DNA of 64,000 nucleotides from Escherichia coli (GCF_041248615.1 NZ_CP158426.1); one strand, 5' to 3'; shown: positions 46,299 to 59,796, counted from the stretch's first letter. The notes: generated by a model from the letters alone, not told the origin. Made by a program: numbers and translations.

Positions 46299-48560
46299 TT
46301 ACATCTGACGGTTTTTATTGAAGTTAATCAAACTACCCGCCTTGATAATCTCGCGCTCTTCGGCCGTCAGGCTTTCCATGTAAAGCGTAATTTCCGTTAC
46401 CGGCGCATCTTCATGGATCACATAACCTTTAAACGTCGTACCCGGATTATCCAGCGCTGCTTTAATGCCAGGGATGTAAATGTAATCACCTACGTCAAAG
46501 TTCGGTGCTTCCGCCATTTGCAGCGGTAACATCCCCCAGTTGATGACGTTAGAACGGTAGCGTTTAGTCGCGTACTCCTCGGCAATATTCGCCAGACCGC
46601 CAATCACACGCTGGCAGCTCGCCGCCTGCTCACGCGCAGAACCATCGCCTGGTTTCACCGCATAGACCATGCTGCCAATTTCAGTTTGCAGCGGATCAAT
46701 ATGCTCCTGACCAGCAATCTGCTTAATGCGCGCAAACACCTCTGTCAGCTCGCTGACATTCCCCGCCAGACGCTGATTTTCCAGTTCAGCAGTCGCTTTA
46801 CTTCTGCCAACATAACCTGGATCGCGACGTGACAGGGTAAACTCCGCCAGACCAATCGGATTTGAACGATAAGAAGAGGTTTCACCGGAAGGAATCAATT
46901 CGTCGGTGGTGGTCACTTCGTCGAGGATCTTCGAGCACACTTTGAGGACGATATTGTCAGTCAGCGCACCCAATTCCGGCCAGTCTTTAATGTTCGGTCC
47001 GTAAATCAGCGGTTGCTGAGTTGCCCCTTTCACAAAGCCCTGATAAACACGGTTTTTATACGGCGTTACATCGAAGGCGTACTCCGGCACGTTGTCCCAG
47101 CAATCAAGTTCGCTGGCAGAGGTTAAATAGCCACCGTTTGCCGCAGTCGCAGCGATAGAACGAGCGTCCATCAACGCCACCGCTGACATCTGCCCATTAG
47201 CTGGCTTAGAGCCTTCGCGGTTCGGGAAGTTACGTGTGGTGTGGCGAATACTCAAACCGTTGTTGATTGGCGTATCGCCCGCGCCAAAGCATGGGCCGCA
47301 GAACGCGGTTCTGATGATTGCGCCTGCGCCAATCAAATCTGCTACCACACCTTTTTTGGCGAGATCCATAAACACCGGCTGTGATGACGGGTAAACCGCT
47401 AACGAGAAGGTGTCATTGCCACAGGATTGACCGCGCAGTGCATTCGCCGCCGCGATGACGTTTTCGTAGTTACCGCCAGAACAGCCCGCGATAATCCCCT
47501 GCTGCACTTTCAGGCGACCGTTTTCGACTTTATCCAGCAGCGAGAGTTTGGCTTTACCGTGCGCCACGCGCTCGGACTCAATTTCAATCTCACGCAGAAT
47601 ATCGGTCAGGTTCTGGTTCAGCGTGTCGATTTCATACACGTTGCTCGGGTGAAACGGCAGCGCAATCATTGGTTTGATGGCGCTTAAATCAACGCTGATG
47701 CAGCCATCGTAGTACGCCATCGGTTGAGGGTTAAGCTGGCAGTAATCCTGGCCGCGACCGTGCAGCGCCAGCCAGTTATGGACTTCTTCATCGGTTTGCC
47801 AGACAGAACTTAAACAGGTCGTTTCCGTGGTCATAACGTCAACGCTGTTACGGAAATCGGTAGAGAGCGCAGCAACACCGGGACCTACGAATTCCATCAC
47901 TTTGTTTTTGACGTAGCCGTTTTTGAACACGGCACCGATGATAGCCAGCGCCACATCCTGTGGCCCCACATACGGCGCTGGTTTTCCGGTCAGATGCACC
48001 GCAACAACTCCCGGATAGTCGATATCCCAGGTGTCATTAAGCAATTGTTTTACCAACTCGCCGCCGCCCTCACCGACTGCCATTGTCCCTAATGCACCGT
48101 AACGGGTGTGGCTGTCTGACCCGAGGATCATTTTGCCGCCGCCTGCCATCATCTCACGCATATATTGATGGATGACCGCAATATGCGGAGGCACAAAAAT
48201 ACCGCCATAACGCTGAGCCGCCGATAAACCAAAAACATGGTCATCACCGTTAATGGTGCCACCGACGGCGCAAAGTGAGTTATGGCAGTTGGTCAGCACA
48301 TACGGCAGCGGGAAACGTTCCATACCGGACGCTTTAGCGGTCTGTACAATACCAACAAAGGTAATATCGTGAGAGGCTAATGAATCAAACTTAATTTTAA
48401 GTTTATCCATATTTCCGGACGTATTATGAGAAGAGAGAATAGACCAGGAAATAGTGCCTTTTTTTGCTTCTTCTTTTTTAATTTCGCCGGTGAAATGTTC
48501 TTCGGCAATTATTTCGTTATTACTGGCGAGAAACACGCCTTTTTCAGATAACTTGATCAT
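46299..48560 (-). CDS. ybhJ: aconitase-family protein YbhJ
   Basis: 753 aa from ATG at 48560 ([12 protein letters not shown]...). Confidence 0.9.
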   Translation of the reverse strand: MIKLSEKGVFLASNNEIIAEEHFTGEIKKEEAKKGTISWSILSSHNTSGNMDKLKIKFDSLASHDITFVGIVQTAKASGMERFPLPYVLTNCHNSLCAVGGTINGDDHVFGLSAAQRYGGIFVPPHIAVIHQYMREMMAGGGKMILGSDSHTRYGALGTMAVGEGGGELVKQLLNDTWDIDYPGVVAVHLTGKPAPYVGPQDVALAIIGAVFKNGYVKNKVMEFVGPGVAALSTDFRNSVDVMTTETTCLSSVWQTDEEVHNWLALHGRGQDYCQLNPQPMAYYDGCISVDLSAIKPMIALPFHPSNVYEIDTLNQNLTDILREIEIESERVAHGKAKLSLLDKVENGRLKVQQGIIAGCSGGNYENVIAAANALRGQSCGNDTFSLAVYPSSQPVFMDLAKKGVVADLIGAGAIIRTAFCGPCFGAGDTPINNGLSIRHTTRNFPNREGSKPANGQMSAVALMDARSIAATAANGGYLTSASELDCWDNVPEYAFDVTPYKNRVYQGFVKGATQQPLIYGPNIKDWPELGALTDNIVLKVCSKILDEVTTTDELIPSGETSSYRSNPIGLAEFTLSRRDPGYVGRSKATAELENQRLAGNVSELTEVFARIKQIAGQEHIDPLQTEIGSMVYAVKPGDGSAREQAASCQRVIGGLANIAEEYATKRYRSNVINWGMLPLQMAEAPNFDVGDYIYIPGIKAALDNPGTTFKGYVIHEDAPVTEITLYMESLTAEEREIIKAGSLINFNKNRQM

Positions 48561-48742
48561 CAAATGCTCCAGATATCTGCGCACCGAGAAGTGCGCAGAA
48601 AGATAATAAATGGATATACTCTAAATAATTCGAGTTGCAGGAAGGCGACAAGCGAGTGAATCCCCAGGAGCTTACATAAGTAAGTGACTGAGGTGAGCGA
48701 ACGCAGACGCAGCACATGCAACTTGAAGTATGACGAGTATAT

Positions 48743-50176
48743 TTACAGCATGTTCCAGCCGATCAGCATATTCCACCACCACACGCCGAGGGTGATATGC
48801 ACCAGGAAGGTTAATATCGTCAGTACCGCACCGACCAACCACCAGGATTTAATATCGTTATAACCCACGCCAAAGATGACCGGACCTGCCGCGCCGCCAT
48901 AGTGAGTAACCATGCCGCCATAGGAGTTGGAGAACAACAGTGCCAGCGCGGTTAACATTAACGGTGCGCCGGAGACGTTCGCCAGCATGGCAAATACCGG
49001 TAACATAGCAACGATATAGGCACTACCGGAAGCGAAGAAATAACGAACGATGATGCTGAGGAAAATAATAACGAAGAAAGCAACGTTACCGTGACCATCA
49101 AATGCCAGGTTATTTTTAAAGACTTCAGCTAACCATTCGAAGAATTTAACTTTCGATAATAAGGAGCTTAAGCCGATAATACCGCCGTACCAGATTAAGG
49201 TATTCCAGCCGCCTTTATTTTTAACCACGTCTTCCCAGGTAACGATACCCAGCAGCAGCATGGTCGCCATAACAACGATTGCCACGGTGGATTCATCAAC
49301 CCCCAGGGACTTACTGAAAATCCAGCCCAGCAGCGCCAGCACAAAGACACCGAGCAGCATTTTTTCGCGGATTTTCATCGGTCCCAGTTCGGCAAGGCCC
49401 GCTTTGGCGATGGTTTTATTATCCACCTTCTTAATTTCTGGCGGATACATGGTGTAAATCACCAGCGGGGTGACCAGCAGCATAATGATGCCCGGCAATC
49501 CGGCGGCCAGCGCCCATCCACCCCAGCTAATTTGCAGGTGCAGAATGTCGTTGATCATTTTCAGCGCCAGAATGTTCCCCGCCATTGCGGTAAAGAACAT
49601 ATAGCTGGTGGTTTTGGTGACCATGTAAATGGACATCATCAGGTAATGTCCAACACGACGCGGACTTTTTTCCGGTTCTGACCCCAAAGCCACCGCCACG
49701 CTGTTGATGATCGGTAACACAATGCCGCCCGCACGCGCGGTGTTAGACGGTGTTGCCGGAGCCAGTACCAGATCGAGGAATACCGTAACGTAACCCAGAC
49801 CCAGCGTGGTGTTACCGATTTTACCAATCAGCAGATAGGCAATACGTTTACCTAAGCCGGTGGTCACAAATGCGGCGCTTAAGGTAAACGCCGAGAACAC
49901 CAGCCAGGTGGTACCTGAAGAGTAACCGCTTAATACGGCGGTGGTTTTAAACGCACCGTCGGATAAGTTACCGACCACCACCATGGAGGCAGCAACGGCA
50001 ATTAACAGTACGACAGGTTCCGGGAAAGGCTTGATAACCAGCCCCACAATGGCCGCCAGGTAAATACCAAAAAGCACCCACGCCAGTTCGCTTAATCCTG
50101 CCGGAGCTGGCATAAAGCCAATAATACATGGGATCGCTAATATCAGAATTAGCTTCCATAACGATTTTTTATTCAT
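48743..50176 (-). CDS. ybhI: inner membrane transporter YbhI (anion/Na+ symporter-like)
   Basis: 477-aa polytopic membrane protein. Confidence 0.9.
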   Translation of the reverse strand: MNKKSLWKLILILAIPCIIGFMPAPAGLSELAWVLFGIYLAAIVGLVIKPFPEPVVLLIAVAASMVVVGNLSDGAFKTTAVLSGYSSGTTWLVFSAFTLSAAFVTTGLGKRIAYLLIGKIGNTTLGLGYVTVFLDLVLAPATPSNTARAGGIVLPIINSVAVALGSEPEKSPRRVGHYLMMSIYMVTKTTSYMFFTAMAGNILALKMINDILHLQISWGGWALAAGLPGIIMLLVTPLVIYTMYPPEIKKVDNKTIAKAGLAELGPMKIREKMLLGVFVLALLGWIFSKSLGVDESTVAIVVMATMLLLGIVTWEDVVKNKGGWNTLIWYGGIIGLSSLLSKVKFFEWLAEVFKNNLAFDGHGNVAFFVIIFLSIIVRYFFASGSAYIVAMLPVFAMLANVSGAPLMLTALALLFSNSYGGMVTHYGGAAGPVIFGVGYNDIKSWWLVGAVLTILTFLVHITLGVWWWNMLIGWNML

Positions 50177-50251
50177 TTAAAATCCTGTTCTTTCTGTATG
50201 ACTCATACAGAAGTCCTTTATTGATTGTCCTTATCCTGACAACGAATTTTT

Positions 50252-51304
50252 TCAGGGAAGAAAAACTTCACCGGAAAATATTTTTCTGGTTGTCCGAATA
50301 ACAGATGCGCGTAACGTCGTGGCATCCTGACCTTCATTACTTAAATGAACGTCGAGCGCACCACTGGGGTGTTCAATATTGATATTGCCGTATCCTACAG
50401 AAGGGACGATTTGTCGGGTGACGGTGCCTTCCAATGCACAACTACTGGAAATGGCAATAGCACCGGTTATCGCCAGCGCGCGATGGCAAGAATGCGGCAT
50501 AAAATAACGCACATTAATTGCTCCGCCTTTCTGCGCTGGAGAAATAAGCACAGGTTTAGGGATAACCATATTACTGACATCGCCTAATCCCATTGCTTTA
50601 CCCGCTTGTAGACGGATAGATTCAATGCGGGCTAATAATGCTTTGTCGGCATCCAGCTCCGCCGGTAATTCATAGCCTGTTTTTCCCAGATATTCAGCAG
50701 GAATAATGACAACTGGCATCGCCATATCGATACAGGTCACCGGGACATCGTCAAAATAATCAATCTGATTATCAGTCGGGAAGATTTTTCCGGTTTTGGT
50801 TCCGGCGGCATTCAGGAAAGTGAGCGCAACCGGTGCGGCAGTACCCGGTACGCCGTCAATTCTGGCGCTACCCTCGTACTCGACAACACCATTTAGCGTT
50901 TGCACATCAGCTTCGATGAACGTACCCGTATTGACGTTGCGGATACGTACGCGGGTAACTGGCGAAGTCGCTGCAATCAAACCATTTTCAATGGCGAATG
51001 CCCCAACCCCAGACAACATATTGCCGCAGTTTGGTGTTGTATCGACACGCTGCTCATGGACAATAACCTGAGCAAACAGATAATCGACATCTGCACGCGG
51101 ATCGCTGGAGCGGCTAATAATGGCGACTTTACTGGTCAGCGGATTACCGCCGCCAATACCGTCAATTTCCAGATCGTTACCGGAACCCATAATTGCCATC
51201 AATATTTTATCGCGCTGCGTTTGATCTTCGGGTAAATGTTCCGCTAACAGGAACGCGCCCCTCGAGGTTCCACCTCGCATCATCACGCAGGGTATTTTTT
51301 TCAT
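50252..51304 (-). CDS. ybhH: PrpF-family isomerase YbhH
   Basis: 350 aa MKKIPCVMMRGGTSRGAFLL... Confidence 0.9.
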   Translation of the reverse strand: MKKIPCVMMRGGTSRGAFLLAEHLPEDQTQRDKILMAIMGSGNDLEIDGIGGGNPLTSKVAIISRSSDPRADVDYLFAQVIVHEQRVDTTPNCGNMLSGVGAFAIENGLIAATSPVTRVRIRNVNTGTFIEADVQTLNGVVEYEGSARIDGVPGTAAPVALTFLNAAGTKTGKIFPTDNQIDYFDDVPVTCIDMAMPVVIIPAEYLGKTGYELPAELDADKALLARIESIRLQAGKAMGLGDVSNMVIPKPVLISPAQKGGAINVRYFMPHSCHRALAITGAIAISSSCALEGTVTRQIVPSVGYGNINIEHPSGALDVHLSNEGQDATTLRASVIRTTRKIFSGEVFLP

Positions 51305-51487
51305 AATAATGCCCTCAATTTAAAAACATAACTTATTGCGATATGGTTACATTAAGGGCAAAACATCTCTAATGACTTTAGCTCAACGATTAATAACATT
51401 TTTTCATTAATTTAAGTTGGCTAAATGCAGTTAAAATTTTTAACGGCCAGCCACCCAAAATCGACGCTTCCATTTTCCGGAGTAATA

Positions 51488-52441
51488 ATGAAGCATGAAT
51501 TATCAAGTATGAAGGCATTTGTCATACTGGCAGAGTCCAGTTCATTTAACAATGCTGCTAAATTACTCAATATTACGCAACCTGCATTAACGCGAAGAAT
51601 AAAAAAGATGGAGGAAGATTTACACATTCAACTATTTGAGCGTACAACTCGCAAGGTTACGTTAACAAAAGCAGGAAAAAGGTTGCTCCCGGAGGCGCGG
51701 GAATTAATAAAAAAATTCGATGAAACGCTTTTTAATATTCGTGATATGAATGCTTATCATCGTGGTATGGTGACGTTAGCGTGTATTCCGACCGCAGTAT
51801 TTTATTTTTTACCGCTGGCAATCGGTAAATTTAATGAGCTGTATCCCAATATTAAAGTGCGGATTCTGGAACAAGGCACGAATAATTGCATGGAATCGGT
51901 GCTGTGTAACGAATCAGACTTTGGCATAAACATGAACAACGTCACAAATTCATCCATTGATTTTACCCCACTGGTCAACGAGCCGTTCGTGCTGGCCTGT
52001 CGGCGTGACCATCCATTGGCCAAAAAGCAGCTTGTAGAATGGCAGGAGTTAGTGGGTTACAAAATGATTGGCGTACGCTCCTCCAGCGGCAACCGACTGT
52101 TGATAGAACAACAGCTGGCCGACAAGCCCTGGAAGCTGGACTGGTTTTACGAAGTGCGTCATCTTTCGACGTCATTAGGACTGGTGGAGGCGGGACTGGG
52201 GATTTCGGCGCTTCCTGGTCTGGCAATGCCCCATGCACCCTATTCTTCGATTATTGGTATCCCGCTGGTGGAACCGGTTATACGTCGGACATTGGGGATT
52301 ATTCGCCGCAAAGATGCCGTGCTTTCTCCGGCAGCTGAACGCTTTTTTGCCTTGCTGATTAATTTGTGGACTGACGATAAAGACAATTTGTGGACCAATA
52401 TCGTCGAACGCCAGAGACATGCGTTACAGGAGATAGGTTAA
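51488..52441 (+). CDS. ybhD: LysR-family transcriptional regulator YbhD
   Basis: ATG at 51488 (MKHELSSMKAFVILAESSSFNNAAKLLNITQPALTRRIKKMEEDL); HTH then substrate-binding domain. Confidence 0.9.
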   Translation: MKHELSSMKAFVILAESSSFNNAAKLLNITQPALTRRIKKMEEDLHIQLFERTTRKVTLTKAGKRLLPEARELIKKFDETLFNIRDMNAYHRGMVTLACIPTAVFYFLPLAIGKFNELYPNIKVRILEQGTNNCMESVLCNESDFGINMNNVTNSSIDFTPLVNEPFVLACRRDHPLAKKQLVEWQELVGYKMIGVRSSSGNRLLIEQQLADKPWKLDWFYEVRHLSTSLGLVEAGLGISALPGLAMPHAPYSSIIGIPLVEPVIRRTLGIIRRKDAVLSPAAERFFALLINLWTDDKDNLWTNIVERQRHALQEIG

Positions 52442-52481
52442 TACACCGGCGCAGGAGAGACTGCGCCGGGTAAATCAGCGG

Positions 52482-53513
<1,032 letters not shown>

Positions 53514-53631
53514 CTAAAATTAGTCGCTTTTGGCGGTGAATGCTGAATTAAAACGCAGAATTTTGTCCGATAGTGGTATCGGTGTACCATTCGCGCAGAC
53601 GAAAATTCTTAACCTTAATCTGGAATACGCC

Positions 53632-54450
53632 ATGACCACACGCGTGATTGCTCTCGACTTAGACGGCACCTTATTGACCCCGAAAAAGACCCTGCTTCCT
53701 TCATCGATAGAAGCCCTGGCCCGCGCTCGCGAAGCAGGCTATCAATTAATCATCGTCACAGGTCGCCATCACGTCGCTATTCATCCTTTTTATCAGGCGC
53801 TGGCGCTGGATACACCTGCTATTTGCTGTAATGGCACCTATTTGTATGATTATCATGCAAAAACAGTGCTGGAAGCGGACCCAATGCCCGTTAATAAAGC
53901 CCTGCAACTCATTGAGATGCTGAATGAACACCACATTCACGGTCTGATGTATGTCGATGATGCAATGGTCTATGAGCACCCGACCGGGCATGTCATTCGC
54001 ACGTCTAACTGGGCGCAAACCCTGCCGCCGGAACAGCGTCCGACTTTCACACAAGTCGCTTCTCTGGCTGAAACGGCGCAACAAGTTAACGCCGTATGGA
54101 AGTTCGCCCTGACGCACGATGACCTGCCGCAATTGCAGCATTTTGGTAAGCATGTCGAACATGAACTGGGACTTGAGTGTGAATGGTCCTGGCACGATCA
54201 GGTTGATATTGCACGCGGCGGCAACAGCAAAGGTAAACGTTTGACGAAATGGGTTGAGGCACAAGGTTGGTCGATGGAAAACGTCGTGGCATTCGGCGAT
54301 AACTTTAATGATATCAGTATGCTGGAAGCCGCTGGTACAGGCGTGGCGATGGGCAACGCCGATGACGCGGTAAAAGCGCGCGCCAACATTGTGATTGGTG
54401 ATAACACCACCGACAGCATTGCCCAGTTCATTTATAGCCACCTGATTTAA
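53632..54450 (+). CDS. ybhA: HAD-family phosphatase YbhA (pyridoxal phosphate phosphatase)
   Basis: ATG at 53632; HAD motif I VIALDLDGTLL. Confidence 0.9.
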   Translation: MTTRVIALDLDGTLLTPKKTLLPSSIEALARAREAGYQLIIVTGRHHVAIHPFYQALALDTPAICCNGTYLYDYHAKTVLEADPMPVNKALQLIEMLNEHHIHGLMYVDDAMVYEHPTGHVIRTSNWAQTLPPEQRPTFTQVASLAETAQQVNAVWKFALTHDDLPQLQHFGKHVEHELGLECEWSWHDQVDIARGGNSKGKRLTKWVEAQGWSMENVVAFGDNFNDISMLEAAGTGVAMGNADDAVKARANIVIGDNTTDSIAQFIYSHLI

Positions 54451-55509
54451 TCAGGCGGTTATCGACACACTTTTAATTTGCGCGTACAGCCACAGGCCTG
54501 GTTTGATCGCCAGTTCATCCCTGGCCCACGGGCTGATACGCGCCCACAGCGTTTTACCGCCGACTTCCAGCTCCACTTCCACCTGGCCGTTGTCGTCATA
54601 ACTATTAACAACTTTTGCCCGCAATACGTTACGAATGCTGGTTTGCTGCGGCGGTTGTAAAACCAGAGAAACATCTGAAGCCTGAATGCGGATGCGTAGC
54701 GCAGCTTGCAGCGGTTCGTCCAGCTTATTGACCCACAAATGCTGATCGCCCAGCGCCAGCGCGGTCATCGCGTAATGCGGATGATGCTCAAGCACCGTCA
54801 CTTTCAGAATGCTACTTTGTTGCTCTTTCGGCAGCCACGGATTCATCACGCTACTGCCCCACACTTCCTCCAGCACGCCAAAGGCTTTCACCTGACCGTT
54901 TTCCAGTACCATCACTCTGTCTGCCAGATGGAGGATCTCATCCAGCGAATGGCTGACATACAACATCGGAATGTTGATTTCCCGTGTCAGCCGTTGCAGA
55001 TAAGGCAACAGTTCGCGTTTACGCGGAATATCCAGTGACGCCAGCGGTTCATCCAGCAACAGCAATTCCGGTGCTGTCAGCAAAGCCCGACCAATCGCCA
55101 CGCGCTGTTTTTCGCCTCCGGACAGGCTGCCTGGTAAACGGTCAAGCAACGGTTCAATGCCTAAAAGCGCCACCAGCTTATCGAACTGATCGACCATACT
55201 TTTCGACATGCCGTAGCGCAGATTGCCACGCACTTTGTAATGCGGGAACAGCCGCGCATCCTGAAAAACATAGCCAACGCGACGCTTTTCCGGCGTCAGG
55301 CAGATACCTTTTTCGGCATCATTTAGTACCCGCCCATTGAGGACAATCCGCCCTTTTTGCGGGCGCGTCAGTCCACTGATGGCGTTAATCAGCGAAGTTT
55401 TTCCGGCACCGGAGACGCCAAAGATAGCAGTGATACCATTGGCGGGCAGCGTTTCATTAATGGTCAGGCAATGGTTGCCCAACGTCTGGGAAAAATTCAG
55501 TTCCAGCAT
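54451..55509 (-). CDS. modC: molybdate ABC transporter ATP-binding protein
   Basis: Walker [13 protein letters not shown] signature LSGGEKQR, C-terminal molybdate-binding domain. Confidence 0.95.
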   Translation of the reverse strand: MLELNFSQTLGNHCLTINETLPANGITAIFGVSGAGKTSLINAISGLTRPQKGRIVLNGRVLNDAEKGICLTPEKRRVGYVFQDARLFPHYKVRGNLRYGMSKSMVDQFDKLVALLGIEPLLDRLPGSLSGGEKQRVAIGRALLTAPELLLLDEPLASLDIPRKRELLPYLQRLTREINIPMLYVSHSLDEILHLADRVMVLENGQVKAFGVLEEVWGSSVMNPWLPKEQQSSILKVTVLEHHPHYAMTALALGDQHLWVNKLDEPLQAALRIRIQASDVSLVLQPPQQTSIRNVLRAKVVNSYDDNGQVEVELEVGGKTLWARISPWARDELAIKPGLWLYAQIKSVSITA

Positions 55510-55511
55510 GA

Positions 55512-56201
55512 TTAGCGCCCCGCCCGTTCACGGCTGATTCTGGCCAGCCATTCTGAAATCAACAGGGAGATCATCGCCAGTGCAATAGAAATAATGCACA
55601 GTCTCGCCGCGCCACTTTCCCCGCCGGGGGTCTGGATCAGGGTATACATGGCAGAAGGAATGGTTCGCGTTTCACCAGGAATGTTCGACACAAAGGTGAT
55701 GGTTGCACCAAACTCACCGAGAGAACGAGCAAAAGCCAGTACCGTACCAACAATAATGCCCGGTAAGGTCAGCGGTAACGTGATAGTAAAGAAAACGCGC
55801 CAGCGCCCGGCACCCAGTGTTCTTGCGGCCTGTTCCAGTTTGACATCAACCCCTTCCAGCGCCAGACGAATTGCCCGCACCATCAGCGGAAACGACATGA
55901 CGGCGGCAGCGAGAACCGCGCCGCGCCAGCTAAAGGCGAAGGTAATGCCAAACCAGTCATACAGACGTTCACCGATAAATCCGCGCCGTCCCATCGAAAC
56001 TAATAATAAGTAACCGACGACCACGGGCGGTAACACCAGCGGTAGATGCAGTACGCTATCGAGCAGAGCTTTGCCCGGAAACGTGCAACGCACCAGTAAC
56101 CAGGCAAAAAAGATCCCAAACGGCAGGCTAAACAGCACAGCCAGGGAAGAAACTTTCAGGCTTAGTAAAACCGCCTGCCATTCTGGATCGGTCAGTATCA
56201 T
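55512..56201 (-). CDS. modB: molybdate ABC transporter permease
   Basis: 229-aa membrane protein, coupled to modA and modC. Confidence 0.95.
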   Translation of the reverse strand: MILTDPEWQAVLLSLKVSSLAVLFSLPFGIFFAWLLVRCTFPGKALLDSVLHLPLVLPPVVVGYLLLVSMGRRGFIGERLYDWFGITFAFSWRGAVLAAAVMSFPLMVRAIRLALEGVDVKLEQAARTLGAGRWRVFFTITLPLTLPGIIVGTVLAFARSLGEFGATITFVSNIPGETRTIPSAMYTLIQTPGGESGAARLCIISIALAMISLLISEWLARISRERAGR

Positions 56202-56974
56202 TACTTGGTTGTAAATCCGTAACGTTTAAAGATTTCCGCAGCCTGCGGCCCCTTCAGATAATCATAAAATGCTTTCACTGTCGCATTGTTATGCCCTTCC
56301 ACAACAGCAACCGGGTATTCCACTTTTTTATGTGAATCTTCCGGGAAGGTGGCAACCACTTTTACCCCTTTGCTGGCAACTGCGTCAGAACCGTAAACAA
56401 TACCCAGCGGCGCTTCATTGCGTTCGACCAACGCCAGCGCGCCACGAACATCTTCCGCCGGAGCCAGTTTCGGGGAGAGCGTATCCCATGCGCCCAGTTT
56501 TTGCAGTGCTTCTTTTGCATAAATGCCAGCGGGAACATGTTCCGGATCGCCAACCGCCAGGCGACCGCCATTCAGCAGTGAAGTCCAGTTGGTTTTGCTG
56601 TCGATGGTGAAATCTTTCTGCTCACTGGCTTTCGGTGCTACAACGACCAGGCTATTGCCGAGCAGTGTCTGACGCGTAGCTGTATCGATCGCTTTTTTAT
56701 CAACCGCATAATCCATCCATTTCTGATCGGCAGAAATAAACAGATCCGCAGGGGCTCCCGCTTCAATCTGACGGGCGAGAGTAGATGACGAAGCGAAAGA
56801 AGAAACCACATCCACGCCTTTCTCTTTTTTATACTGCGTAGCAATGTCCTGCATTGCGTTAGTCAGTGATGCGGCGGCGAACACCGTGATTTTCCCTTCA
56901 TCTGCCAGTGCATTGCCAGCAACAGCGAAAGAGAGTGCCGCCCCGGCAAACAAGTTCAACCATTTACGAGCCAT
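56201..56974 (-). CDS. modA: molybdate-binding periplasmic protein
   Basis: 257 aa with signal peptide MARKWLNLFAGAALSFAVAGNALA. Confidence 0.95.
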   Translation of the reverse strand: MARKWLNLFAGAALSFAVAGNALADEGKITVFAAASLTNAMQDIATQYKKEKGVDVVSSFASSSTLARQIEAGAPADLFISADQKWMDYAVDKKAIDTATRQTLLGNSLVVVAPKASEQKDFTIDSKTNWTSLLNGGRLAVGDPEHVPAGIYAKEALQKLGAWDTLSPKLAPAEDVRGALALVERNEAPLGIVYGSDAVASKGVKVVATFPEDSHKKVEYPVAVVEGHNNATVKAFYDYLKGPQAAEIFKRYGFTTK

Positions 56975-56982
56975 TGGTAACC

Positions 56983-57017
56983 CCTTAATGTAACGTTATG
57001 TAGGCGTCAATATAACG
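56983..57017. promoter_or_regulatory. ModE operator in the modABC promoter
   Basis: Reverse-strand sequence CGTTATATTGACGCCTACATAACGTTACATTAAGG just upstream of modA. Confidence 0.6.
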
Positions 57018-57140
57018 GCAAGTTCGGAATTTTCCCAGCAGTTATTGCTAACCTTTGTGAGGTAGATGAGAAAAAATATCGGCAGGAAAAGCAGGAAGTT
57101 GAGAAAAAGAAAATGCCCGACTAAGCGGGCATTCAGGGAA

Positions 57141-57308
<168 letters not shown>

Positions 57309-57418
57309 TCATGAGACTATTCTAACCGCTAAGCACAGAAAAGCACTCCCCTTTTGTGCGGTCAGCTTTGCGTGGCGTTCGTTTTCCGTCACAATAAGAC
57401 TTTTGCCAGGACATTGTT

Positions 57419-58207
57419 ATGCAGGCCGAAATCCTTCTCACCCTTAAGCTCCAACAAAAATTATTCGCCGACCCGCGCCGCATTTCGCTACTAAAACACA
57501 TTGCGCTTTCCGGTTCCATTAGCCAGGGAGCGAAAGATGCCGGTATCAGCTATAAAAGCGCCTGGGATGCCATTAACGAGATGAATCAGTTAAGTGAGCA
57601 TATTCTGGTTGAGCGCGCAACAGGCGGTAAAGGTGGAGGCGGCGCAGTACTGACCCGCTATGGTCAGCGACTGATTCAGCTCTATGACTTACTGGCGCAA
57701 ATCCAGCAAAAAGCCTTTGATGTGTTAAGTGACGATGACGCCCTGCCGCTGAACAGCCTGCTGGCCGCGATCTCACGTTTTTCACTGCAAACCAGCGCCC
57801 GTAACCAGTGGTTCGGTACCATCACCGCCCGCGATCATGATGACGTTCAACAGCATGTTGATGTCTTACTGGCTGATGGAAAAACACGCCTGAAAGTCGC
57901 AATTACCGCACAAAGCGGCGCACGTCTGGGGCTGGATGAAGGCAAAGAAGTGTTGATATTGCTAAAAGCGCCGTGGGTAGGCATTACTCAGGACGAAGCG
58001 GTCGCACAAAACGCCGACAACCAATTACCGGGTATTATTAGTCATATTGAGCGCGGCGCAGAGCAGTGCGAAGTATTAATGGCGCTACCCGACGGGCAAA
58101 CACTGTGCGCCACAGTGCCGGTAAATGAAGCGACTTCTCTTCAGCAAGGACAGAATGTCACGGCCTACTTTAATGCCGACAGCGTGATTATCGCCACGCT
58201 ATGCTAA
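57419..58207 (+). CDS. modE: molybdate-responsive transcriptional regulator
   Basis: 262 aa; N-terminal HTH then tandem Mop domains. Confidence 0.95.
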   Translation: MQAEILLTLKLQQKLFADPRRISLLKHIALSGSISQGAKDAGISYKSAWDAINEMNQLSEHILVERATGGKGGGGAVLTRYGQRLIQLYDLLAQIQQKAFDVLSDDDALPLNSLLAAISRFSLQTSARNQWFGTITARDHDDVQQHVDVLLADGKTRLKVAITAQSGARLGLDEGKEVLILLKAPWVGITQDEAVAQNADNQLPGIISHIERGAEQCEVLMALPDGQTLCATVPVNEATSLQQGQNVTAYFNADSVIIATLC

Positions 58208-58274
58208 GCGTGTTGACAATTTGTTATGAAACACGTATCCCTGTCAGTAATCGCTGCACAAAATGAGATATAAA

Positions 58275-59747
58275 ATGTCATCGTTGCAAATTTTGCAAGG
58301 CACGTTTCGTCTTAGCGACACAAAAACGCTGCAATTGCCTCAGCTAACGTTAAACGCGGGTGATAGTTGGGCGTTTGTCGGTTCGAATGGAAGCGGGAAA
58401 TCGGCCCTGGCCCGCGCGCTGGCGGGGGAACTTCCGCTTTTGAAAGGTGAACGGCAAAGCCAGTTTTCCCACATCACTCGTCTCTCCTTCGAGCAATTGC
58501 AAAAGCTCGTCAGCGACGAATGGCAGCGGAATAACACCGATATGCTTAGTCCTGGCGAAGATGACACCGGGCGTACCACGGCTGAGATCATTCAGGATGA
58601 AGTAAAGGATACTCCGCGTTGCATGCAACTGGCGCAGCAGTTCGGTATTACCGCCCTCCTCGACCGACGCTTTAAATACCTTTCCACTGGCGAGACACGA
58701 AAAACCCTGCTGTGTCAGGCGCTGATGTCGGAGCCTGACTTGTTGATTCTTGATGAGCCGTTCGATGGCCTGGATGTTGCCTCACGTCAGCAGCTGGCTG
58801 AGCGACTCGCCTCGTTACATCAGTCCGGTATTACTCTGGTACTGGTGCTCAATCGCTTCGATGAGATCCCGGAGTTTGTCCAGTTTGCTGGCGTGCTGGC
58901 GGATTGCACGTTAGCGGAAACTAGCGCTAAAGAGGAACTGCTCCAACAAGCACTCGTCGCGCAACTGGCGCATAGTGAACAGCTTGAAGGTGTACAACTG
59001 CCGGAGCCGGATGAACCTTCAGCACGTCACGCCTTACCCGCCAACGAACCGCGCATTGTGCTGAACAACGGCGTGGTTTCTTATAACGATCGCCCCATTC
59101 TTAATAACCTTAGCTGGCAGGTGAATCCAGGCGAGCACTGGCAAATTGTCGGGCCAAATGGCGCGGGAAAATCGACGTTATTAAGCCTGATTACTGGCGA
59201 TCATCCGCAAGGTTACAGCAACGATTTGACGCTTTTCGGACGACGTCGCGGCAGCGGCGAAACCATCTGGGATATCAAAAAGCATATCGGTTACGTCAGC
59301 AGTAGTTTGCATCTGGATTACCGGGTCAGCACTACCGTGCGTAATGTGATCCTTTCTGGCTATTTTGATTCGATTGGCATTTATCAGGCCGTTTCGGATC
59401 GCCAGCAAAAACTGGTGCAGCAGTGGCTGGATATTCTCGGCATTGATAAACGCACGGCTGACGCTCCGTTCCATAGTCTTTCCTGGGGGCAACAACGCCT
59501 GGCGCTGATCGTCCGTGCACTGGTGAAACATCCGACGTTGCTTATTCTCGATGAACCACTACAGGGGCTTGATCCGCTCAATCGCCAGCTTATCCGCCGT
59601 TTTGTTGATGTGCTGATTAGCGAAGGTGAAACGCAATTGTTGTTTGTTTCGCACCACGCTGAAGATGCGCCTGCCTGTATTACCCATCGTCTTGAGTTCG
59701 TGCCAGACGGCGGACTCTATCGCTATGTGCTGACAAAAATAAATTGA
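58275..59747 (+). CDS. modF: ABC-type ATPase ModF (two ATP-binding domains)
   Basis: ATG at 58275 (MSSLQILQGTF...); Walker A GSNGSGKS and GPNGAGKST. Confidence 0.92.
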   Translation: MSSLQILQGTFRLSDTKTLQLPQLTLNAGDSWAFVGSNGSGKSALARALAGELPLLKGERQSQFSHITRLSFEQLQKLVSDEWQRNNTDMLSPGEDDTGRTTAEIIQDEVKDTPRCMQLAQQFGITALLDRRFKYLSTGETRKTLLCQALMSEPDLLILDEPFDGLDVASRQQLAERLASLHQSGITLVLVLNRFDEIPEFVQFAGVLADCTLAETSAKEELLQQALVAQLAHSEQLEGVQLPEPDEPSARHALPANEPRIVLNNGVVSYNDRPILNNLSWQVNPGEHWQIVGPNGAGKSTLLSLITGDHPQGYSNDLTLFGRRRGSGETIWDIKKHIGYVSSSLHLDYRVSTTVRNVILSGYFDSIGIYQAVSDRQQKLVQQWLDILGIDKRTADAPFHSLSWGQQRLALIVRALVKHPTLLILDEPLQGLDPLNRQLIRRFVDVLISEGETQLLFVSHHAEDAPACITHRLEFVPDGGLYRYVLTKIN

Positions 59748-59765
59748 GTCGGTAGTGCTGACCGT

Positions 59766-59796
59766 GCCGGAGGCGGCCTAAGCGCCCTCTCCGGCC
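59766..59796. repeat. REP-like GC-rich palindromic element followed by a T-run in the modF-galE intergenic region
   Basis: GCCGGAGGCGGCCTAAGCGCCCTCTCCGGC; T8 at 59832..59839. Confidence 0.4.
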